The notes beneath the pieces are model-generated. The model was given only the letters and a program-made list of their open reading frames with translations, did no database searches and had not been told where the DNA came from. Shown in pieces: positions 43,175-53,026 of a DNA stretch of 64,000 nucleotides. Location: assembly GCA_963805045.1 (NCBI GenBank), contig CAWDTC010000012.1:64211-128210 (forward strand). The letters are read 5' to 3'. Made by a program: the position numbers and the translations under genes. How positions within the stretch are numbered: position 1 is the first letter of the stretch; each line of letters starts with the position of its first letter. The DNA comes from Candidatus Aminicenantes bacterium (GTDB taxonomy: Bacteria > Acidobacteriota > Aminicenantia > Aminicenantales > Saccharicenantaceae).

Positions 43175-44669
43175 ATGAAGATGCTGAAGATCGTCGCCAT
43201 CGCCCTGACCGTCCTCGTCCTGGCCTGGATCCTCGCGGCCCAGACCGTGCCCCAGGAGTCCCAGAGCATGAAGATCCTCAAGCTCAAGAGCGCCCAGCTC
43301 GCGCTCGAGCTGAGCAAGGCCGATTACGAAAGGTACCTCAAGCTCAAGGAGGACGGCCTGGCCTCTGAGGCCGACTTCGCGCAGCGGCAGACCGCCTACC
43401 TCCAGGCCCAGGTCGCCTACCAGCAGGCCTTCATCAGCTTCATGGGCAGCGAGGCCCGCATCTCGGTCGCCAGCGCGGTCAAGGTCCAGGACCGGAGCGG
43501 AAAGAAGTTCGTCACCGTCACGCTCCGCTACTCCTCGAAGGAGCTCAAGGAGCTGGCCAACCTCAAGATCAGCGCCGAGGACCTCTTCCCGCTCGACTTC
43601 ATGAAGGAGCTCAAGGACGTCTACGTCTCGCTCCTCTCGGAGGGCAAGATCATCTCCGACCCGTACGAAAGGGTCGTCAAGACGCTGCCCATCGAGTCGG
43701 AGCGCGAGGTCACCTTCCAGCTCCTCAAGGACGTCGAGAACCTCGAGGTCAGCGTCTCCTACTCGGGCAAGGAGGAGAAGACCTCCGTCTTCCTCCAGAA
43801 GGGCGTCAGCGCCAACATCGTCACCGTCAACTCGGCCCAGTTCTCGCAGGAGGCCGACCTCGAGGCCACGGCGACCTTCGACCTGTCGCTCGAGAAGTTC
43901 AGCGGCGAGGCCAACGTCTTCAAGCTCGAGGTGGCCAACCTGCCCCAGCAGATCACCTACGAGTTCTCCGACCCGACGACCCAGGCCCGCCTGTCGCAGA
44001 TCAAGTTCAGCGAGGGCGTGACGAGCCTCAAGCTCCAGCTCAAGCTCTACCTGCCGAAGAACCCGGACACGCAGGTCGTCCTCGACAAGCCGCTCGAGTT
44101 CTACGTCCTGGCCATGGACAACGACCAGACGGAGAAGCTCCGGGCGATCGAAAAGGCCAAGCCGGGCGCGGCCATCGAGGCCAAGGACATCGACGCCATC
44201 AAGGCCGGCTCGGCCCGGCTCGAGCTCATCCCGCGCGGCGTGCCCAAGGTCGAGGTCCAGGCCGTCAACCTCTACCACGAGATCAAGGTCGGCGAGACGG
44301 TCAGCATGGACGTCACCATCAAGAACACGGGGACGCGGAAGCTCAACAATATCAGGGTCTTCTGCGACCTGCCGCTCAACTGGCGGGTCGAGATCAAGCC
44401 CGACCTCATCGCCTCGCTCGGGCAGGACAAGGACGAGGTCGTCAACATCAAGTTCATCCCGCCGACGGACGTCTCGGTCGGCGACTACGAGCCCAAGATC
44501 CGGACGGATTCGGCGGCGGAGAACCGCAAGGTCGAGTCCGAGGACAAGATCGTCCGCATCCACATCACCTCGAAGACGAACGTCCTCGGCATCACGGTCC
44601 TCATCCTGCTCCTCGTCGGGCTGCTGGTCGGGCATCGTCGTCTTCGGCATCAAGCTGACCCGGAGATAG
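43175..44669 (+). CDS. membrane-anchored protein: adaptor-like alpha-hairpin plus NEW3/CARDB-like domain plus C-terminal TM anchor (COG1470-like); frameshift near the end
   Basis: N-terminal signal/anchor. LALELSKADYERYLKLKEDGLASEADFAQRQTAYLQAQVAYQQA resembles the coiled-coil hairpin of an efflux adaptor. VSMDVTIKNTGTRKLNNIRVFCDLPLNWRVEIKPD...VSVGDYEPKI matches the NEW3 pattern. The tail TM reads LGITVLILLLVGLLVG. Confidence 0.6.
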
Positions 44670-44677
44670 AGAAGAAT

Positions 44678-44715
44678 GGGGACATGTACCGAGGCGTGCC
44701 GAGGTACGTGTCCCC
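44678..44715. repeat. palindromic element, family 2
   Basis: GGGGACATGTACCGAGGCGTGCCGAGGTACGTGTCCCC lies between the first gene and permease 1. Confidence 0.8.
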
Positions 44716-44737
44716 TCTTGATAAAGGTAAGGTGACG

Positions 44738-46224
44738 ATGTTCGCCACGATCTTCAAGAAAGAGCTCCTGGACCAGATCCTCAGCCCCAAGTTCCTCATC
44801 GTCTCGCTCCTCTGCCTGGTCCTCATCCCGGCCAGCCTGCTCCTGAATTACTCGAGTTACCAGAGCGTCTTCCACGAATTCGACGCCTCCCAGAAGGAGG
44901 CCGCCTCGTCGACGACCATCTACAGGCGGCCGAGCGCCCTCTCGACGTTCGGCATCGGGCTCGAGAGCGTCCTGCCCGGCAAGGTCGCCTTCAGCAAGTA
45001 CGAGACGGACGCCAAGGGCCTCCAGGCCCAGAACGAGGTCCTGAGCCAGATCAACGGCAAGCTCGACTTCGTCGTCATCGTGAGCTTCCTGCTCGGCCTC
45101 TTCGCCATCCTCTACGCCGGGACGATGGCCAGCGGAGAGAAGGAGGCCGGGACCCTCAAGCTCGTCCTCTCGAACCCCGCCCGGCGGAGCACCGTGATCG
45201 GGGCCAAGTTCCTGGGCGGGTTCAGCGTGCTCATGATCCCCTTTGCCGTCAGCACGCTCATCGGCGTCCTGCTCCTCCTCTTCGAGGGGTTCCCGCTCTT
45301 CGCCGCCGGCAACCTGGGCCGGGTCCTGTCCCTCCTTCTCCTCTCCATGCTCTATCTCGCCGCCCTTTTCTCCCTGGGCCTGCTCGTCTCGACCCTGACC
45401 CACCGGACGAGCCTGGCGCTCCTGGCGAGCTTCTTCGTCTGGATCTTCCTGACCTTCGTCATCCCGAAGACGAGCGAGCCTTTGGCCGGCCTCATCCGCC
45501 GCATCCCGAGCGAGGAGGTCATGAAGGCCAACCGGACCCAGGTCCGTAACCAGATCGAGAAGGAGAAGGGCAAGGCCCTGGCGCCCCTGATGGAGAAATA
45601 CCTGCCCAACAGCGGACAGGGCAAATGGGACTGGGACGCCTACACGAAGGCCCGCGGGCCGGTGGCCAAAGAGTTTCGAGGAGCGGCTCGACCAGACCCT
45701 CCAGAAGTTCGACGCCGAATACGAGCAGAAGAAGAGCGCCCGGCGGGCCCTGAGCCTCAACATCGCCCGGCTGTCGCCGGCCTCGTCCTATACGCAGGCG
45801 GCGCTGAATTTCTGCCACACGGGGATCGCCGACCTCGAGAACTTCTCGAGGAGTCTCAAGGCCCACTACATCCTGCTCTACCAGGCCGTTTTCAGGTATT
45901 CGTTCCAGGACACGTTCACGTCCGAGGACGGCCATACCAACCGGTCCATGGGCGGGAGTTCGTCGCCGGAGGGCAAGAACGAGATCCCGAAGTTCCGCTA
46001 CCAGTTCCCGGCCTTCGAGGACACGCTGAAAAGCACGGCGCCGGACATCATCCTGCTCGTCCTCTTCAATTTGTCTTTTCGCCGCGGCTTATTATTCGTT
46101 CATCAGATACGACGTGCGCTAGGCGCTGAAGAGCACGGCGCCGGATATCATCCTGCTCGTTCTCTTCAACCTCGTTTTCTTCGCGGCGGCTTATTATTCG
46201 TTTATTAGATACGACGTGCGCTGA
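44738..46224 (+). CDS. ABC-2-type permease paralog 1 of 8, frameshifted; duplicated 3-prime end
   Basis: MFATIFKKELLDQILSPKF and ASGEKEAGTLKLVLSNP, with five or more further TM helices. LSPASSYTQAA and IPKFRYQFP. The proper C-terminus FIRYDVR is found only in the second copy of the terminal duplication. Confidence 0.7.
46024..46224 (+). repeat. tandem direct duplication (period 100 bp) of the 3-prime coding end of permease 1
   Basis: 46024-46122 and 46124-46224 align base for base with scattered substitutions and a 2-nt indel. Both end ...AGATACGACGTGCGCT(A/G)A. Confidence 0.85.
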
Positions 46225-46272
46225 GTCCGATAATGTACATACATTTGTACATATAGATTGGGGTGATACAGC

Positions 46273-47880
46273 TTGATCCGGACCATCGTCAAGCGCGAGT
46301 TCCTAGACAACCTCCTGTCCTTCAAGTTCATTGCGTGCGTCCTGGTCGCCATCGTCGTATCCCTGACGAGCACGGCGATTCTCACCCGCGATTATCAGGA
46401 CCGGCTGAGGAACTACGACAAGGGGTCGCCGCCGCTAAAGAAACTCTGACTAAAGTCCCCGTCTACTCCGCCCTTAAGGTCAAGCTGTTCCGGAAGCCTA
46501 CCCCCCTGAGCATTTTTGTGGCCGGGATCGAAAGAAAAGCTGGGAGCTACACCGAGATCCCGACGATGGAGATGGATATCCCCGTGTCGCTCAAGGGAGG
46601 TACTGCGAAGAACGAGTTCGCGGCGGTCTTTTCCATCTTCGACTTCTCCTCCGTCATCGTGATCATTTTCACGATCCTGGCCATCTTCCTATCCTACGAT
46701 GCGATTTCGGGAGAAAAGGAGGACGGGCTGCTTTCCCTGACCCTCTCGAATTCGGCGCCGCGCTCCAAGATCCTCCTCGGCAAGTACTTGGGAGCGCTGG
46801 CGTCCGTCGCGGTGCCCGTGGCATTATGCTTCATTCTCGGGACACTCTACGTCCTTTTCTCGAAGAACGTCGAAACGAACAGCCGATTCTTCATGTCCAT
46901 GGGATTGATCTTCTTCGCCGCCCTGCTTTATCTCTCCTGCATCTTGCTTCTGGGCCTCCTCGTTTCCTCCCGGACGAGGACCTCCTTTTCCAGCCTGCTG
47001 CTCCTTCTGGGCTTCTATATCGTCTTTTGCTTTCTTATTCCCCAGGCCGTCAAGAGCTATTCGGCCAATGCCATTGCCCGGCAGACGAGAAATGTCGAAA
47101 CCAATATCGAAAACCTGACCAATGAATGGGACAAAAAGCGCGGCGAGGTCCTGCACAAAGTCTCGTTTAAAAAGCAGTGGATCATCCCTCGCGACGCTTA
47201 TGATATGGAGCGTTACGGTGGGTATCATCCTCAATCGGATCAGCTCGCCGGAAGCCATAGAAAACCAGAATTTGACGACGTCCCTCATGATTCCGATGGA
47301 AAGGGAATACGCTCAGCGATTGTACGATTTGAAATTCAAGGATATTGCGGCCGAAGAGGGCATCCGCAACGAGGTGCATCAGTATTTAGCGTTCATCCCT
47401 TCGGCGAACTTCGGCCGTGTCGCAGGATTAATGGCCGACACGGCCGAGGATTCGGTAAGCCGTTACCTCCACGGTATCGCGGCGTACTGGAACCAATTCA
47501 TGCGTTACTTGGACGGGAAGGATGCCTTTGGTCTGAGGTTCGCATATCCGGGCCCGGATGAGCAGACTCCCTACGAGAGGGACATGGTCAAGAAGATTTC
47601 CGATGATTTCTCGAGGCTCGATAGGGATAAGGCCGTGACCTGGACCGGCCATTATGCCTTCTATCAGGGGAAGTTCTTACAGGAGGCTGTGAAGTATAGG
47701 CCCACGCTGAGTTTTCTCAACTTGGACGACCTGCCGGCGTTCGCCGCCCCTGAGCTCGGCCTAGCCGAGAGACTGCGTGGCACTTTGCTGAACGTCTTCA
47801 TCTTGGTCTTCGAGAATTTGTTGTTCTTCATCTTAGCCTATTTTTCTTTCTCCCGCTATGACCCGAGAAGGACCGATTAA
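46273..47880 (+). CDS. ABC-2-type permease paralog 2 of 8 (lower GC), frameshifted
   Basis: A TTG start gives (M)IRTIVKREFLDNLLSFKF. ISGEKEDGLLSLTLSNS and IPSANFGRVA. The C-terminus is FSRYDPRRTD. Confidence 0.65.
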
Positions 47881-47881
47881 G

Positions 47882-49324
47882 ATGCTTAAGGGCCTGCTGG
47901 GACGACAATTGAGCGAGGATATCCTCACCGCGAGGTTCTTTGTCAGCCTGGCCCTAATCCTGGGGGCGGTCTGCGCCTTTTCCTTAGTGTTTGCCGATCA
48001 GTATCATAGGTCCCAGGCCACCTATGCTGCGGCCGTGGCCAAGAACGATCGCGACCTTCAGCAATTCGCGACGTCGCCCGCGGGAAACCTGGGCTCTTCC
48101 ATGCAGACCTTTCTATTAAGGCCTAGACCTGAGTTATTCATTTCAGAAGGCGGCGAAAGCACGATGCCGCAGGGGCTCCTTTATGAGCCATACAATTACT
48201 CCCTGCAATTGTTGAGCCCGAAGGAGGAAGCCTTCGGCGCCCAGAACTACAGGTCCATCAGCAAGCGCGAAAGTCTCACCGATGTCCTGACGTATTCCCC
48301 CGACCTGATGTTCATCGTTCAAGTCCTGCTGAGCTTCTTCGCCCTGATCCTGGCCTATGGTGCCGTGACCGGCGAAAAAGAGAAGGGGACGTTAGGTCTC
48401 ATCTATTCCAACTCGATAAAACGGGGGCCTTTAATCCTGGCTAAGTATCTCAGCGCCCTCCTGACGGTCGGCATCTCTCTTTTTCTCGGCCTCATTTTAA
48501 GCCTTATCCTTCTCCACGTGTTGTCCGGAGCTCCGCTTTCTTCGTCCTTGATCTTCAGTTTTTTGCTCTTCCTCGTGGTTTCCCTCATCTATCTCTCCGT
48601 CTTCGTTCTCTTGGGGATTGCATGCTCGGTTCTCAGCCATAGGAGCAAAAACAGCCTGGTCCTTTGTCTTTTGGCCTGGGTCTTATTAGTGATTGTCTTC
48701 CCAAGATCAACAGGGATGCTCTTGACGCTCAAGCGCTTTGACGTGCCCACGGGAGAGGAAATCAACCAGTTGGCACAAAAGGCCTCTTATGAAACGGAGG
48801 ACCGGTTAGAAAAGCAGTTGCCACCTGAGTGGTCTCGCTTGGATTTTTCGAAGTATCGCCACAACGAGCTATTCCTAAAGCTACTATTCGCCTATGACAA
48901 GGCTCGTCAAGATGTCTTGGATTACTACCTGCGGAAGAAGCTCTCGGCCATCGAGGCCTCCAGGAAGATCAATTTCCTCTCTCCAGCGTCGCTTTTCGAG
49001 TACTCGGCGTCCTCGGTTTCGGGGACGGGGTTGGTCCATTTCGAGAACCTCTGGATGCAGTCCCAACGCTATGGTGATAGTTTCTTGTCATTTGTCAGGG
49101 ACGAGAGGAGCGTGCTTGAAAAAGGCGCCTTTTTTTATTTGGATAGCGACACGATCTCCGACAAGCCGCTCGACTTCAACGCCATCCCCAAGTTCGAGGA
49201 CCGGCTTCCCCCGGCTGCTGGCCGTCTCAAGGACGCACTTCCCTACCTTGGCCTCTTGGTTTTTTACAATCTCTTTCTTTTCGCTTTCGTCTTCTACAAA
49301 TTCCAAAGCTATGATGTTCGGTGA
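47882..49324 (+). CDS. ABC-2-type permease paralog 3 of 8 (lower GC), intact
   Basis: MLKGLLGRQLSEDILTARF, VTGEKEKGTLGLIYSNS, LSPASLFEYSA and IPKFEDRLP. It ends FQSYDVR. Confidence 0.75.
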   Translation: MLKGLLGRQLSEDILTARFFVSLALILGAVCAFSLVFADQYHRSQATYAAAVAKNDRDLQQFATSPAGNLGSSMQTFLLRPRPELFISEGGESTMPQGLLYEPYNYSLQLLSPKEEAFGAQNYRSISKRESLTDVLTYSPDLMFIVQVLLSFFALILAYGAVTGEKEKGTLGLIYSNSIKRGPLILAKYLSALLTVGISLFLGLILSLILLHVLSGAPLSSSLIFSFLLFLVVSLIYLSVFVLLGIACSVLSHRSKNSLVLCLLAWVLLVIVFPRSTGMLLTLKRFDVPTGEEINQLAQKASYETEDRLEKQLPPEWSRLDFSKYRHNELFLKLLFAYDKARQDVLDYYLRKKLSAIEASRKINFLSPASLFEYSASSVSGTGLVHFENLWMQSQRYGDSFLSFVRDERSVLEKGAFFYLDSDTISDKPLDFNAIPKFEDRLPPAAGRLKDALPYLGLLVFYNLFLFAFVFYKFQSYDVR

Positions 49325-49365
49325 AAAACGAATGTGCTTGCGTTTAAGGATAAATAAAAAAACCT

Positions 49366-49392
49366 GGGACACGTACCAGGGTACATGTCCCC
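49366..49392. repeat. palindromic element, family 2
   Basis: GGGACACGTACCAGGGTACATGTCCCC lies between permease 3 and the ATPase gene. Confidence 0.8.
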
Positions 49393-49412
49393 ATTAAGAG
49401 AGAGGAGGCCAC

Positions 49413-50156
49413 ATGGCAAAACCACAACCCATCCTGAAGACCGAGGACCTGTCCAAACGGTACGAGGACGGCGTCCTGGCGGTAGACCACCTGAACCTGA
49501 ACATCTACCCGGGTGAAGTCTACTGCCTGCTCGGGGCGAACGGCGCGGGGAAGACGACGACGATCAACCTCTTCCTCAACTTCATCCCGCCGACGACCGG
49601 GACCTGCTACGTCAACGGCATCGACGTCACCAAGGACCCGCTCGAGGCCAAGAAGTACGTCTCCTTCGTCTCGGAGAACGTCATGCTCTACGGGAACTTC
49701 ACGGCCCGCCAGAACCTCGACTTCTTCGCCAAACTCGGCGGCAAGACGGCCCTCGCGAAGAACGACTACTACCAGGTCATGCGCCGGGTCTCGCTCCAGG
49801 AGAAGGCCTTCGAGCAGCGGGTCAAGAACTTCTCGAAAGGCATGCGGCAGAAGCTCGGCATCTCGATCGCCGTGATCAAGGACGCGCCGGGGATCCTGCT
49901 CGACGAGCCGACCTCGGGCCTCGACCCCAAGGCGGCCGAGGAGTTCCTGGAGATCCTGGGCGAGCTCAAGAAGGAAGGCAAGGCCATCCTGATGTCGACC
50001 CACGACATCTTCCGGGCGAAAGAGATCGGCGACCGGGTCGGGATCATGAAGGAAGGGCGCCTGGTCATGGAGCGGACGCGCGAGGAGCTCCAGTACGAGG
50101 ACCTGGTCAAGATCTACATCGACTACATGAAGTCCGAGCCGCTGACGCTCCAATAA
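49413..50156 (+). CDS. ABC transporter ATP-binding protein (ABC-2/CcmA-type), intact
   Basis: Walker A GANGAGKTTT, signature FSKGMRQKL, Walker B ILLDEPTSGLD, H-loop STHD. Confidence 0.9.
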   Translation: MAKPQPILKTEDLSKRYEDGVLAVDHLNLNIYPGEVYCLLGANGAGKTTTINLFLNFIPPTTGTCYVNGIDVTKDPLEAKKYVSFVSENVMLYGNFTARQNLDFFAKLGGKTALAKNDYYQVMRRVSLQEKAFEQRVKNFSKGMRQKLGISIAVIKDAPGILLDEPTSGLDPKAAEEFLEILGELKKEGKAILMSTHDIFRAKEIGDRVGIMKEGRLVMERTREELQYEDLVKIYIDYMKSEPLTLQ

Positions 50157-50223
50157 GCGCCAGGGGACATCGCAGGCCCGTCTCCAATGCGGGGCCGGCT
50201 CGGCCAGCCCGGAGACGATCGCC

Positions 50224-51666
50224 ATGCTGAAAACAATCATCAAGAAAGAAGTGCTGGAGACCGTCTTCAGCTACCGTTTCCCGCTCTTCGCCGTCATCTG
50301 CCTCCTCCTCATCCCGCTCGGGATGACCGTCAACCACGCGAACTACGCCAAGCGCGTCCGGGACTACAGCGAGCAGGTCCGGCTCGCCGACGAGGCGGCC
50401 TCGGCCATCAAGATCCAGGACGTCATGGCCGGGACCGTGGCCATCAAGGGGTTCCGCCGCCCCGCCCCGCTCTCCGTCTTCACCCAGGGCTTCGAGAGCA
50501 CGCTCCCCCGCTATTACGAGTTCACCCAGGACGGTTTCAAGCCGGGCGAGTCGGCGAGCGACGACGAATCGATCCTCTCGGTCCAGGGCAAGGTCGATTT
50601 CGTCTTCCTCGTCCAGATGGTCATCAGCCTCATCGCCCTGCTCTTCGCATCCGACATGATCTCGGGCGAAAAGGAGTCGGGGACGCTGCGGGCCATGCTG
50701 GCCAACAGCCTGCCGCGCGACACGCTCCTCGCCGGCAAGATCGGCGGCGGCTATCTCGCGCTGTGGGTCCCGTTCCTCGTCGCCTTCCTGGCCGGGGCCG
50801 TCGTCCTCATGCTCGCTGCCTTCCCGCTCTTCGCCGGAGGGACGGCCGGCCGCGTCCTCCTCATCTTCCTGGTCACGTCCCTCTTCGTCCTGACGTATTT
50901 CACGATCGGCATCGCCGTCTCGACGAGCACGGCCAAGGCCCGGACCTCGCTCGTCGCGATCCTCATCATCTGGGCCGCCTTCCAGCTCATCATCCCCAAG
51001 CTCGGGGACATGGCGGCGCGCCTCATCCACCCGGTCCGGACGGAGACCGAGGTCTCGCTCCAGAAGTCGCTCCTCGTCCGCTCGCTCGACATGGACCAGG
51101 CCAAGGAGCTCGGCCGCCAGTACGACCTCATCTTCGGCGCGGCCCCCAAGGGCGCCGCGGACGACGAGAAGTCGCCGGAAAGGAAGAAGTGGGACCCGCT
51201 CCGCGACGACATCCAGCGGCAGGCCCGGGAGAAGAAGAGCCAGCAGCTCGCGGCCATCGACGAGACGTACGCCCAGGAGAGGCGGCGCCAGCTCGACCTC
51301 GCCGTCGACCTCTCGCTCGTCTCGCCGAGCGCGGCCTTCGCACGGCTCCTCGCCGACGTCTGCGGCACGGGCGAGCTCGAGCGGGCCAAGTACCTCGAGG
51401 CCGTCCGGGCCCACCAGAAGGCCCTCGACAACGAGCTCTTCAGCAAGGTCAAGCGGATCCTCATGATCCACGAGGGCGGGGGCATGTCGATGTCGTTCTC
51501 GGCCATGCCGGTGGACGCATCGAAGCTGCCGAAGTTCACGATCACGCCGGCGACGATGGCGGAGGCATTCAAGGCGAACGTGCGGAGCCTCCTCTCGCTC
51601 CTCTTCTGGCTCGTGGCGCCCTTCGCCTTCGCCTACGCCAGGTTCATCAAGTACGACGTGAGGTGA
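50224..51666 (+). CDS. ABC-2-type permease paralog 4 of 8, intact
   Basis: MLKTIIKKEVLETVFSYRF, ISGEKESGTLRAMLANS, VSPSAAFARLL and LPKFTITPA. It ends FIKYDVR. Confidence 0.75.
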   Translation: MLKTIIKKEVLETVFSYRFPLFAVICLLLIPLGMTVNHANYAKRVRDYSEQVRLADEAASAIKIQDVMAGTVAIKGFRRPAPLSVFTQGFESTLPRYYEFTQDGFKPGESASDDESILSVQGKVDFVFLVQMVISLIALLFASDMISGEKESGTLRAMLANSLPRDTLLAGKIGGGYLALWVPFLVAFLAGAVVLMLAAFPLFAGGTAGRVLLIFLVTSLFVLTYFTIGIAVSTSTAKARTSLVAILIIWAAFQLIIPKLGDMAARLIHPVRTETEVSLQKSLLVRSLDMDQAKELGRQYDLIFGAAPKGAADDEKSPERKKWDPLRDDIQRQAREKKSQQLAAIDETYAQERRRQLDLAVDLSLVSPSAAFARLLADVCGTGELERAKYLEAVRAHQKALDNELFSKVKRILMIHEGGGMSMSFSAMPVDASKLPKFTITPATMAEAFKANVRSLLSLLFWLVAPFAFAYARFIKYDVR

Positions 51667-51684
51667 AAGAGGAGGCGCCGCGCC

Positions 51685-53022
51685 ATGCTAAAAACGATCA
51701 TCAAGCGCGAGATCCTCGAATACCTGAAATCGGCCAGGTTCCTGATCGGCCTCGGCATCACCCTGGCCCTGGCGGCCGGCAGCACGGTCCTCAACGTCCA
51801 GGATTATAAGGGGCGCCTGCAGGACTACCAGTCCGCCCTGCAGGAACTGAAGAGCGACCGTTTCTACATCCGCCTTTACCGCCAGCCCCAGGTCCTCAGC
51901 ACCCTCATCCAGGGCAAGGACCGCAAGCTCGGCAACAGCATCATGTTCACCTACCTGCGGCCTCCCGGCCACGACCTCGGGCTACATGGGCGAGGGACGG
52001 AGCCAGCCCCAGCGCCTCGTCTCCGGCTTCGCGGCCGTCGATTTCGCTTTCATCGTCCGGGTCGTGCTCAGCCTGCTCGTCGTCTTCATCGCCTACAACG
52101 CCGTGGCCGAGGAGAAGGCCTCGGGGACCCTGAAGCTGACCCTGGCCAACCGGGTGCCTCGGGACCAGCTCCTGCTCGGCAAGTTCCTGGGCGGCTGGTT
52201 CGTCATCATGGGCTCGCTCGCCGTCTCCGCCCTCGTCTCCCTGATCATCGTCCTCTCCCATTCCTTCATCGCCTTCGCCGCCGGCGAATGGACCCGCCTC
52301 CTCGCCTTCATCGGGCTCTCCGCCGTCTACCTCACGGTCTTCTACGCGGTCAGCCTGTTCGTATCGGTCCTGGTCGACAGACCCTCCATCTCCCTGATGA
52401 TCCTGCTCCAGGCCTGGGTCTTTCTGATCGTCATTTATCCCAACCTGGGCGTCATCGCCGCGGAGAACCTGACCAGGCTCCCGTCCCAGGAGCAACTCGC
52501 CCAGCAGAAGAACGCGGCCTTCCAGCCCTACGCGGCGGAGCAGAAGAAGACCCAGGAGGCGTTCATCCAAGCCGTCCGCACGGGAGGGGGGATCTCAAAG
52601 GAGCTCGGCGTGCGCAACGTCGAGATCTGGGCCAAGCGGGCCGAACTCGACCACCAGGTCGATGAGGAATACGGCCGGAAGCTCACCGCCCAGACGAACC
52701 TCGCCCGAGCCATCTCACCCTCTCGCCGGCCGTCCTCTTCGACCAGGCCGCCGAGCGGCTCGGCCGCACGGGGATGGCCGAGTACGAGCGCTTCATGCGG
52801 GAGGTCTACCGCTGCTGGCAGCAGGACGTCGAGCGGTCGAAGCTCATGTATACGGACCGCGAAGCTTACAAGAAGGCGCCGCCCCTCGATTTCCGCGTCC
52901 CGGTCGAATCAACCTCCGAGGCCTTCGCCGCGACCTGGCTCGACTGGTTCCTCCTCGCTTTCTTCGGGCTGGCCCTTTTTGCCCTGGCCTATACGGCCTT
53001 CCTGAGAAAGGACGTGAGGTGA
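51685..53022 (+). CDS. ABC-2-type permease paralog 5 of 8, frameshifted
   Basis: MLKTIIKREILEYLKSARF and VAEEKASGTLKLTLANR. After a shift, LSPAVLFDQAA. It ends FLRKDVR. Confidence 0.7.
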
Positions 53023-53026
53023 GGCC

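Noticed and set aside
42791-45763. 990-aa minus-strand ORF antisense to the NEW3 gene and permease 1, and similar antisense ORFs at 50107-51471, 53037-53882 and 54868-56208
   Set aside because: Their composition is highly charged, repetitive D/E/R/L/G with no motifs. The sense frames encode coherent membrane proteins with conserved paralog motifs.
43175-46129. 984-aa ORF apparently fusing the NEW3 protein to permease 1 through the palindromic element
   Set aside because: A 1-nt shift near 44640 restores a natural TM tail and a stop at 44669. Permease 1 has its own ATG with the family-typical N-terminus, so the read-through is best explained by an indel.
46452-46470. 15-nt identity (GTCCCCGTCTACTCC) between permease 2 coding sequence and the flank of the family-2 element at 38415
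   Set aside because: A single 15-mer match is within chance expectation for all-against-all comparison of a GC-biased 64-kb window. The region aligns as normal coding sequence with the other paralogs.
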